IMG/VR virus record: IMGVR_UViG_3300046820_002568
Location: 32,001-96,000 of that record
Length of the DNA stretch: 64,000 bases
From: a virus
Reading direction: 5' to 3' (one strand)
Translations under genes and position numbers: made by a program
Notes under the pieces: generated by a model
What the model was told of the DNA's origin: nothing
The model's database searches: none
The model's input: only the letters and a program-made list of their open reading frames with translations
Shown here: piece by piece, positions 8,801 through 16,765 of the stretch
Layout: every line of letters starts with the position of its first letter
How positions within the stretch are numbered: position 1 is the stretch's first letter

Positions 8801-11800
8801 ATCAAGAAATGGAATTACTGGATTATATCCATGTCAGTCAAATGTTACAACATCGACTCCAACACCATCTCCAACTCAATTGTGCCCATTCGTAACTAAT
8901 ACAATACAATTATCAGGACAACCAAGCTCAATTGTTTTTGACACATTAAATGAATTTATTTATGTTGCATATGATAGTGGAAATTATGTATCAGTTTTAA
9001 ATAAAAATTTTGTAAGTTTATTTAATATAACCACAACTAGTTTTGTAGAGTCAATGTCTTTTGATTCTAATAACAACAAAATTTATATACCAGAATTTTA
9101 CACTGGTATTGTAAATATTTTTAATACATCTACTTTGTCTTTAGAGGCCCCAATTACGACTTATGTAGGGGGTTATCCTACATCGTCAGTGCATGATTCT
9201 AATAATTCATTAGTATGTGTAGTATATTCTGATAATAGTACAATATCATTTATTAATACTTTTTCTCAAACTGTAATTGATACTTTAGTTATACCAAATA
9301 CCAATAGAGGAAAAATTACATTAGACCCAAATAACAATGAGTTATACATAACTAATAGAGGTGGGTCAGCATATACTAATGTGTATGTTGTAAATACTGT
9401 AAATAAAACTTTAGATTATACAATATCTGCAGGTACCGGGAATAATTTAGATATACTATATAATAGTAATAATTCATATGTTTATGTTTTAGATGGTGAC
9501 TCAGGTAAAATCTGGTATATTGATACCTCAACTAAAACAGTACTAGGTTCGGTAAATTTATCATATTCAGGTTCTTTATTCTCTATGATATATGATGTAA
9601 ACAAAAATTACATTTATATCTCATCAAATGATGGTAAAGATATGATTTCTGTTGATTGCTCAACTAATACTCAAGTGGGTACTTTATATAATGCGGCTGA
9701 AGGCGGATATGTTAGTGCTGGAATGGCATATAAACAATCGAATGGTGAAATTTTTTATGGGTCAACATTAAATTCGAACATTAATGTTATGTGTACTAAT
9801 TTTACACCAATACCATCCTCAACTCCAACATCCACACCAACACCAACTCTGACTCAAACACCTTCAATTACACCTTCATCGTCTACACAAATATTATCTT
9901 GTCCATATTTAATCACTTCATTTATTGAATCTCAAAATATTAGGACAATAACCTCTGACTTATATAATAATTATATTTGGATAATCGATAATCAAGGTAA
10001 TCAGATATATTATAACAATTCTTATAACTTGGTTGGTTATGGTTCATTCTCTATTTCAACGGGTGTTACTTCATCCGTTTTTGATAGTCTAAACAATAAG
10101 GTATTTATTGGTGGATATAACAAGATAACAAGTTTCAATGTAACATCTTACCCATTTGGTGTTGGTTCAATAATTAGTTTACCCTCATCTAATATAGTAG
10201 ATTTAGCAGTAAACCAAAACTACTTAGTTGCTGTTGATGATTTATTATCAGGGGTAACAATATTTGACGCATATAGTGAAACACAGATAGGAAGTATAGT
10301 TTTAAATAACATAACTTCTGATAGTAAAGTAGTTTTCGACACTAATTTAAATTCGGCATACATTTGTAATTCAAGTACGGCGGAAATTTTTGTAGTTGCT
10401 CCAAATACTTACACCTTAACCAATACTATTATAATTGGTACATCATTTAATTTAGATTTAGTTTATGTTCCGATATTGGGTTACATTTATGTATTAGAAC
10501 AAAATTACGGATTATGGTATTTTGATTGTTCATCTTTATTAGTATTAGGTAGTATACCTTTGACTTTTACATCATCATTAGATTCTATATCTTACGACCC
10601 TAATAATTATTTGATTTATGTTTCAAGTAATGGTGGCTCTGACTTAATAGTAGTTGATGTTGTTACTAATTCTCAATTAACAACTAAATCTAACATAGGT
10701 TCTTTTACTGGTGGTACAGTAATAAATCATTTTGATACAATTAATAATTCAATATACATTTCAGAATGGAGTAGTTCGACTATTTCAGTTTTATGTACTG
10801 ACACTACAATAATATACCCAACCGTAACTCCGACAACAACTCCAACAACAACTCCAACAACAACTCCAACATCTAGTCAAACTCCAACACCTACTGTTAG
10901 TCAAACTCCAACTATAACACCAACAAAAACAACCACTCCAACTATAACGCCAACAACTTCAATTACTCCAACTATAACCCCCAGTCCAATATGTCCTTTT
11001 GAAGTTGGTTCAATTAATTTATCAGTATTTTCAGGGTTATGTGCAACCACAGGAGCATTAACAGTTTTTGCCGACCAATCAAGTTATGTATACATAACAT
11101 CATTAGATTGTGGTTTGTTTGTTTATAATTCAGGTCAAACACTTGTTTATTCGGCACAATCAGCAAATTATCAAGGAATTAATTCAATATCATATAATTC
11201 ATTAAGTGCTAATACATATTTAGTTAATCAGAGTCAGTCAATAATTGAGGTTTTAGATGTATCATCGTTTAGTTCAGTTACAACTATTTCAACTTCAATA
11301 ACTAATCCTTTTAAATCTTCTTTTGATTCATATAATAATATATTGGTAGTTATTGATGGTATAAATAATGAGATTGAATTCATAGATGATATTTCATACT
11401 CATCTTTAGGGACATCATCCGCTTCTACTTACTATCAAGGTGCTATTGCTTACGATTCTGTAAATTATTTACATTATGTTGTTGGTAGAACAAATGATAC
11501 AATTTCAATTATTAATTCTAATTTACAAGCTGAAGAATATACAATTACAAGTGTTGGTGAAACGGGTCGAAATGTTGACATTTTATACAACCCTGTTAAT
11601 TCAAAAATGTATGTTTTAACTAATGGTAGAAGTGTGAGTGTAATAGATACTACATCTCAATCCGTTAGTACTGTAATATCAATTAGTAGTTACAATGGTG
11701 TTAATCTTTCTATGACATATGATTCAATTCAAGACTACATTTATGTTTCTAATAGAAGTTCTACGGGTAGCTATGGATTCATAACAATAGATTGTTTAAC

Positions 11801-13877
11801 TAATAGTGTAATAGGATTTGACGAAGGATTTTATAATGGTTCAGTTAATTCAATAATAGAATTCGATTCAATTTCAAATAAGATATACTATTTGTATAAT
11901 GGTGTAAGTTCTATAGATATTATTTGTCCTTTCTTTATACCACCTAGTCCGACTCCAACTCCAACAAATACACCAACACCTTCAGTAACTGCAACAATTA
12001 CCCCAACAATGAGTCAAACACCTACTAACACACCAACACCTTCAGTTACCCCATCGATTACTGCAAGTATAACTCCAACTATGACAATGACTCCAAGTCC
12101 ATCTCCTTACGCAGTTTCAGCATTTGTAAGTGTTTGGTCAGGTTCGTCAATAACACTTCCATATATCGCATCTGGAACATATAGTGGAACAATTGATTGG
12201 GGTGATGGTTCAACTTCGGCTAACACATATGCTAATAGAACTAAGACCTACTCAACTAGCGGAATATATACTGTAATAATTAATGGAACCGTTACAGGAT
12301 TCAATTTTGGTACTGTTACAACAAGTAGATTAAATATAAGAGAGATTAAACAATGGGGTAATGTAAGAGGCGCTTCGACAAGTAATTCTACTATGTTCTT
12401 TAATTGTACTAACCTTGTTTTGACTGGGGTTACTGATACTATAAATCTATCAGGTATTACAATGCTCACCTCAATGTTTAGACAATGTTCTTCAATTACT
12501 ACCATAAATAACATTAACAGTTGGAATACTTCAGGTGTTACAAATATGGCATCAATGTTTTACTTGGCAACAGGATTCAATGATAATATTAGCAATTGGG
12601 ATGTTTCAAATGTGACTAATTTTGGAGATACTTTTAGACAGGCAACATCTTTCAATCAACCAATTGGTTCTTGGGATACTTCATCAGCAACCTCATTATT
12701 GAGGACTTTTTATAACGCAACATCATTTAATCAATCTCTTAGTGGATGGAATACTTCAAATGTTACAAATTTACAACAAGCTTTCGCCGGTGCAACTAGT
12801 TTCAATCAACCTATAGGAAATTGGGACACTTCGAGTGTAACCAATATGGATAGTACTTTCTATGTCGCATCCTCATTCAATCAACCATTGAGTGGATGGA
12901 ATACTTCAAATGTTACAGATATTTCTTTCATGTTCTCTCAAAGTAATTTCAATCAAAATATCAACAACTGGGATGTATCAAATGTTACTAATTTCCAATC
13001 GACTTTTAGCTCTAGTCCGTTTAATCAACCTTTAAGTGGGTGGAACACATCTGCAGCAACAAGCTTATATGCAATGTTCTCCGGAACAATTAATTTCAAC
13101 CAACCTATTGGAAACTGGGATACTTCAAATGTTACAAATATGGGTTGGGTGTTCCACACACTAGCATCTAACCACACATTTAATCAGCCTCTTAGCGGAT
13201 GGAACACTTCAAAGGTAACATCATTATATAGAACATTTAAGGGTGTATCAGGATTCAATCAAAATATTGGAAATTGGGATACTTCAAAAGTGACTAATTT
13301 CCAAGAAACATTTACTAATACATCATTTAATAATGGTGGTAGTTCATCTATAAGTGGATGGACAACTTCCGCAGCCACTACAATGTATGGAATGTTCTTA
13401 AATTCAGATTTCAATCAACCTATTGGAAACTGGAATGTTTCAAATGTTACAAATATGAATGGTGTGTTCCAACAAACTCCATTTAATCAATCAATTAGTG
13501 GGTGGGATGTATCTAATGTTACAAACATGGATGCAATATTTGCACTTTCATCGTTCAACCAAAACATTAACAATTGGGATGTTTCAAATGTTACATCTAT
13601 GAATAGTATGTTTGAGGACGCTAACTCATTCAACCAACCGTTAAGTGGATGGAATGTATCTAATGTTACCGATATGACTCAAATGTTGGAAAATACATCA
13701 GTTAGTACAATTAATTATGACAACTTATTAATATCTTGGTCAGGTTTAACATTAACATCAGGCGTTACTTTTGGTGTTAATGGTTTAACATACACCTTGT
13801 CAGGTCAAGGAGGAGCAGCAAGAAGTTACATACAATCGGCATATACTTGGACATTTGTAGGAGATACTGGTATTTAA
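5835..13877 (+). CDS. Giant modular surface/appendage protein: PT linkers, delta-60 (DUF5122-like) repeats, three YVTN-like beta-propellers, C-terminal BspA/DUF285 repeats
   Basis: 2680 aa; TPTPT linkers; IQSDGKIIVGGGFTSYNG...RLNTDGTFD repeats (~7713-8834); YD/FD-x-x-N-x-x-IYV repeats (8883-11927); FNQPIGNWDTSNVTNM repeats (~12500-13700). Confidence 0.85.
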   Translation: MSAIVWYKFSGCCNGEIFQTQATTPPAGFSINGVYYLQTDTYIGCASLLSTGFTTSVNVYNLVNYDSTDYGDSSTCQAYYPCIDYPTITPTDTPAPTPTQTATVTRTTTPAITPGPSNSQSATATPTKTPTRTPQSTVTPTPTRTPSNCPDVGLDITLISGNTYVRLTNLTNELIYIFDADNLPYLYFLIPSGTTDIILSRFTTGVIGTSLSSTLSNCIICRSAYTSEICDCSEIVNASPVPTLTPTKTPTPTNTPTNTITPTNSITPTITPTNSITPTKTVTPSITPTKTVTPSITPTNTPTTTPPLTPLPAISPSNSSTNTPTPTNTQTPSSTYYQYCPTSSFCIFTNNSNYSQYDGTYYNYTSTTYNDKAVFYCASCSSPSFIYYNSGDTKWILSDTIGGGAIIFGPSNSSSLCPDFNSGFFNTICPTPTPSYSAVCQTFDFSADFSCFITGTTSTPTITPTSTTTPTPSITNDQCPSKFIVVYGTTFNYNPITPTPSITPPITYQNCIIDASTTYDIFQASFVSSFSRILRNCASSVEYVVNYPIPFNTGATFNAIINGLGVCVTYIGDTFSPGIDYLSSLQSGNLFNCSFCSPLVTPSASLTPSITPTITPTISLTPSLTSCLNVGVDYSFLTSTGFDSVTYMHRIKKLSGGTYLVAGDFTSYNSFPAKGLVKISSSGFPVTSFNTSNGFSSSPLQTFSPSDFIEQPDGRIVCCGYFTEYSGVPLNYICRLNSDATIDSTFSAGTGFSGFAYTLGIQSDGKIIVGGGFTSYNGINCNNICRLNTDGTFDYTFNSGGTGFNNFVRGVHILEDDSIIVAGGFTAYNETTWYRLIKLDSEGNIDITFGQPLGYNGNIMELLVSSIGEIYVSGYFTEYNGTAIPSYISKLDTFGGIDVTFFSNIGSGLSIAYSNSIVEDVNGDILLFPTLGSTFNGVNYNGILKISSSGIVNGQINAYPGFNGNVSDAIITNENKIICIGNFTSYNTQSRNGITGLYPCQSNVTTSTPTPSPTQLCPFVTNTIQLSGQPSSIVFDTLNEFIYVAYDSGNYVSVLNKNFVSLFNITTTSFVESMSFDSNNNKIYIPEFYTGIVNIFNTSTLSLEAPITTYVGGYPTSSVHDSNNSLVCVVYSDNSTISFINTFSQTVIDTLVIPNTNRGKITLDPNNNELYITNRGGSAYTNVYVVNTVNKTLDYTISAGTGNNLDILYNSNNSYVYVLDGDSGKIWYIDTSTKTVLGSVNLSYSGSLFSMIYDVNKNYIYISSNDGKDMISVDCSTNTQVGTLYNAAEGGYVSAGMAYKQSNGEIFYGSTLNSNINVMCTNFTPIPSSTPTSTPTPTLTQTPSITPSSSTQILSCPYLITSFIESQNIRTITSDLYNNYIWIIDNQGNQIYYNNSYNLVGYGSFSISTGVTSSVFDSLNNKVFIGGYNKITSFNVTSYPFGVGSIISLPSSNIVDLAVNQNYLVAVDDLLSGVTIFDAYSETQIGSIVLNNITSDSKVVFDTNLNSAYICNSSTAEIFVVAPNTYTLTNTIIIGTSFNLDLVYVPILGYIYVLEQNYGLWYFDCSSLLVLGSIPLTFTSSLDSISYDPNNYLIYVSSNGGSDLIVVDVVTNSQLTTKSNIGSFTGGTVINHFDTINNSIYISEWSSSTISVLCTDTTIIYPTVTPTTTPTTTPTTTPTSSQTPTPTVSQTPTITPTKTTTPTITPTTSITPTITPSPICPFEVGSINLSVFSGLCATTGALTVFADQSSYVYITSLDCGLFVYNSGQTLVYSAQSANYQGINSISYNSLSANTYLVNQSQSIIEVLDVSSFSSVTTISTSITNPFKSSFDSYNNILVVIDGINNEIEFIDDISYSSLGTSSASTYYQGAIAYDSVNYLHYVVGRTNDTISIINSNLQAEEYTITSVGETGRNVDILYNPVNSKMYVLTNGRSVSVIDTTSQSVSTVISISSYNGVNLSMTYDSIQDYIYVSNRSSTGSYGFITIDCLTNSVIGFDEGFYNGSVNSIIEFDSISNKIYYLYNGVSSIDIICPFFIPPSPTPTPTNTPTPSVTATITPTMSQTPTNTPTPSVTPSITASITPTMTMTPSPSPYAVSAFVSVWSGSSITLPYIASGTYSGTIDWGDGSTSANTYANRTKTYSTSGIYTVIINGTVTGFNFGTVTTSRLNIREIKQWGNVRGASTSNSTMFFNCTNLVLTGVTDTINLSGITMLTSMFRQCSSITTINNINSWNTSGVTNMASMFYLATGFNDNISNWDVSNVTNFGDTFRQATSFNQPIGSWDTSSATSLLRTFYNATSFNQSLSGWNTSNVTNLQQAFAGATSFNQPIGNWDTSSVTNMDSTFYVASSFNQPLSGWNTSNVTDISFMFSQSNFNQNINNWDVSNVTNFQSTFSSSPFNQPLSGWNTSAATSLYAMFSGTINFNQPIGNWDTSNVTNMGWVFHTLASNHTFNQPLSGWNTSKVTSLYRTFKGVSGFNQNIGNWDTSKVTNFQETFTNTSFNNGGSSSISGWTTSAATTMYGMFLNSDFNQPIGNWNVSNVTNMNGVFQQTPFNQSISGWDVSNVTNMDAIFALSSFNQNINNWDVSNVTSMNSMFEDANSFNQPLSGWNVSNVTDMTQMLENTSVSTINYDNLLISWSGLTLTSGVTFGVNGLTYTLSGQGGAARSYIQSAYTWTFVGDTGI
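6611..6730 (+). repeat. Two adjacent perfect 30-bp tandem duplications in a PT linker
   Basis: tataaccccaacaaattcaattacgccaac x2 (6611-6670), then aaaaacagttacaccatctataacaccaac x2 (6671-6730). Confidence 0.95.
12490..13700 (+). repeat. BspA/DUF285 ~25-aa tandem repeats
   Basis: Roughly 15 units of FNQ(P/N)(I/L)(G/S/N)xW(D/N)(T/V)SxVT. Confidence 0.9.
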
Positions 13878-13904
13878 TAAAAAACCCCGTTAAAAAACGG
13901 GGTT
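13878..13904 (-). terminator. Intrinsic terminator between convergent genes
   Basis: AACCCCGTT-AAAA-AACGGGGTT hairpin (13883-13904), followed by a T-run on the minus strand; possibly bidirectional. Confidence 0.8.
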
Positions 13905-13925
13905 AAAATAAAAAAACTAACTGAT

Positions 13926-14516
13926 TTATTTTGAATTTAAGTAGCTCAATACAACAGTATAAGAGTCTGACATATCAAAATTTTCCTTCTTTAAAGTATT
14001 GTTTCTAGTGTACATCCACTGAATTTGTGGTTCTCTTTTTGCAACAAGTTCCCAAACTATTTGTTTCTTATCGCAGTCTTTTGGGTAACCTCCAAACAAT
14101 ACAAATTTACCCTTTTCATTCTTTTGCACAAGCTCTGGGAAAGCTTTCTTTCTTGATTCATATGTTGACACATATTCAGGAACAATCCCAAGTACATCAT
14201 AAACTTCTTTACTAATAAGTGTGTTATATCTCAAAAGAGTTCCAATTGTATATGCGTTATTTGAATTAAGGAGAGGTTCCTCAATAATACATTTAACGAT
14301 TCCAAGACTTTTATATTCTTCAAGCTTCTTTCTAAATAAAGAAGATTTAAGTAACATCTCTTCCAACTTGTTGTCAGGAACAGGTTTTGGTCTTGGGGAT
14401 ATGTGTGTTAATTCAAGAAGGTCCCTTGAGGACATATCAAATAATGCCCATCCTATTGTTTTGGTGGACACATCTAAACCCAAAATCTTGGGCGAATTTT
14501 TAATGCTTTTTGCCAT
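13926..14516 (-). CDS. RuvC-like Holliday junction resolvase
   Basis: ILGLDVST...IGW, IIEEP and DMSDS RNase H-fold acidic motifs. Confidence 0.8.
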   Translation of the reverse strand: MAKSIKNSPKILGLDVSTKTIGWALFDMSSRDLLELTHISPRPKPVPDNKLEEMLLKSSLFRKKLEEYKSLGIVKCIIEEPLLNSNNAYTIGTLLRYNTLISKEVYDVLGIVPEYVSTYESRKKAFPELVQKNEKGKFVLFGGYPKDCDKKQIVWELVAKREPQIQWMYTRNNTLKKENFDMSDSYTVVLSYLNSK

Positions 14517-14555
14517 AAGTTAGAAAAAAGTTAATAAAATAATTAACTTTGTAAA

Positions 14556-16736
14556 TTAAAAATCTAACTTCACTGCAACTTGTTGGATTCCTTCTCTTAT
14601 TTGTGGAGACTGAAATTTTGAGAGTACCATAAGATTTTTATCTGAATCGTATAAACCAATTTCTGTCATATACGCATCATAATCTGTTGTCCAAGTCGGG
14701 TTTGAAGAATTGACAAATTGATTATTTGGAAGATTAATTAAATATCTCATTTCATATATAGTTGCCTCGATGTCTGTTTGAATCTCACCATAAAAATAAA
14801 ACTCATCTCCAAAATTAAATTCATTATCGTTTTCTGACACTGGAAGAAACAGGTAATCATTTATGTTATATAAAGGAGCCGAATCATAATTATTATTACT
14901 AATAGTAAAATTAAGTGACTGCATTCCTGTTGGGTCTATAAATCCATTTCCATCAATAAAATTTGCATCTGACAATACGGATGTAAGGTCAATTAATCTC
15001 CACTCGGCAGGATTTGGTCTAGTTCCAGTCACAACTCTTTGAGCTAAAACATAAAATTCTTGAGCACTATATCCAAAAAAGTTACCTTGTGTCATACAAT
15101 CATTACCTGCAAAATCACCTCCAAATGTAACTGTTACATTCATAGAAACTGGAGTATCTCCTGACATACCTGTAATTTTTTGATAATAATTACAATGCAT
15201 TCCTTGCCATGGGCTTCCAAATATATATGTTACCCACAATTGTTCAGTGTCATTGTCTAAAACACCATCAACTCCACCACCACAACTGCCAGGAACAACA
15301 AGTCCTACTCTTGGCGCTGGAAGTGTATAGTTCCTATTTGTAGCATAACTCATAGCCGCAACTATTTCTTCGTCATCAAAAACAATAATTCTATCATCAG
15401 GAAATACTTTACCTACTCTGTTTGGTCTTCCATTAATTGGATTTGGATTCGTATCATATAAATGATAGTATCTTATACCAGGATTATTCATATCTTGGTT
15501 TCTTGTAGATTGTATATAGTGAGGTGTTAATAAATCAAATCCATCAAATCCTGGTGGGTCAATGTAAAAACTTGTTTGGTCACGACAATCAGAATTTTTA
15601 TGCCAAAAAAGTGTGGGTAATGTTATTCTGAAATTTCTTGCCTGTCCTGTCGCACCAGAATTATCAGGGTCATAAGCTTCAGTGGCGAACTTTTCACCAA
15701 AGAAATTTATTATAGTATTATTGGTATAATGTACAATAGCAATGGCCTTTTGGTCCTCAGGGGCAACAATTACTTCCTCACCAAATGAATTATAGTAAGA
15801 AGTCCCTGAAGTATCTGTTTGACCGATGGAAGATTGGTAACCATAATATTCTTTTGTTCCAATATAATTTCTTGAGCCAAATTCAGTATAAGGTAAATTT
15901 TGAGCTGCAAATCCTGCTGGGTCTTCAGTCCAAGGAATATTCATATTCCAAATTTCAACATAACCACTTTCAGGATAACAAACCGATTCAAAATTAATAA
16001 CACTATTTGCCCAATAATTTTCAGGTGTAGGTAAATCAAATCCAATCATATCACCATAATAAAAGTAATATCTAGCCTGATTTTCGTAACCTAAAGAACT
16101 CAAATCAGGGAAAGGTCTATCGACTGTTAAACTTGTACCAGCAAAACTAACTACTCGATATGTTAATATAGGGTGGAATGGGTCATACGCATCACACATA
16201 TCTGTACCATCACCAATCATATATACGGCAACATAAGTTCCGGCTTGGGGTGTGTCAGTTGCGGAGCCATCACATGGACTGCTTATTAAAGTTACACTAG
16301 AACTACTTCCATTAAATGAAGACAAATTAGATACATATTCTGAGTTATAAGTATACTGTCCTGTTTTTCTTGTAATATATTGTGTATCTCCTGTATTAAA
16401 AAATCCAGATAAAGTTGCCGTATTATAAACTTCAGCAACAGATGAGGCTTGATATGGAATTCCATAAGTAACCCCTGAGGTACCTTGTAAATAATAAGGA
16501 TATTTTACATTATTTTTTGTTGATTGTGGAATACCGACATTATTTTGAGCATTATAGGCCGGTTCAAGTACCATAGCCTCTGCTTGGTCATAATCAGTTA
16601 TTGCACTGTAATTAATTTCACTATCCCCTACTTGAAAGTAGCTAATATTAAAATTTCCTTGTGAAATTTTTCTTCTCCCTACATCAGTTAGTCTTGTTAT
16701 TACTAACCCTTGTGTGTCTTTAATAATGTATCCCAT
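14556..16736 (-). CDS. Putative tail/baseplate structural protein (tail-fibre attachment, P2 gpH/DUF3751-like termini)
   Basis: N-terminal RLTDVGRRKISQG...YFQVGD and C-terminal TEIGLYDSDKNLMVLSKF...VKLDF resemble the conserved strands of phage tail-collar fibre domains. Confidence 0.6.
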   Translation of the reverse strand: MGYIIKDTQGLVITRLTDVGRRKISQGNFNISYFQVGDSEINYSAITDYDQAEAMVLEPAYNAQNNVGIPQSTKNNVKYPYYLQGTSGVTYGIPYQASSVAEVYNTATLSGFFNTGDTQYITRKTGQYTYNSEYVSNLSSFNGSSSSVTLISSPCDGSATDTPQAGTYVAVYMIGDGTDMCDAYDPFHPILTYRVVSFAGTSLTVDRPFPDLSSLGYENQARYYFYYGDMIGFDLPTPENYWANSVINFESVCYPESGYVEIWNMNIPWTEDPAGFAAQNLPYTEFGSRNYIGTKEYYGYQSSIGQTDTSGTSYYNSFGEEVIVAPEDQKAIAIVHYTNNTIINFFGEKFATEAYDPDNSGATGQARNFRITLPTLFWHKNSDCRDQTSFYIDPPGFDGFDLLTPHYIQSTRNQDMNNPGIRYYHLYDTNPNPINGRPNRVGKVFPDDRIIVFDDEEIVAAMSYATNRNYTLPAPRVGLVVPGSCGGGVDGVLDNDTEQLWVTYIFGSPWQGMHCNYYQKITGMSGDTPVSMNVTVTFGGDFAGNDCMTQGNFFGYSAQEFYVLAQRVVTGTRPNPAEWRLIDLTSVLSDANFIDGNGFIDPTGMQSLNFTISNNNYDSAPLYNINDYLFLPVSENDNEFNFGDEFYFYGEIQTDIEATIYEMRYLINLPNNQFVNSSNPTWTTDYDAYMTEIGLYDSDKNLMVLSKFQSPQIREGIQQVAVKLDF

Positions 16737-16743
16737 GTGTTAT

Positions 16744-16750
16744 ATAAATA
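16744..16750 (-). promoter_or_regulatory. TATTTAT motif (putative late promoter)
   Basis: 7 nt before ATG 16736. Confidence 0.55.
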
Positions 16751-16765
16751 CTCAATTTTTAAATA

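Noticed and set aside
12490-13700. CRISPR array or DGR template/variable repeat suggested by periodic repeats
   Set aside because: The repeats are in-frame protein repeats with synonymous divergence; no constant repeat-spacer pattern, adenine-specific pair or reverse transcriptase was seen.
5540-13926. Recombinase-driven invertible segment
   Set aside because: No matching inverted repeats at the two ends and no invertase in the window.
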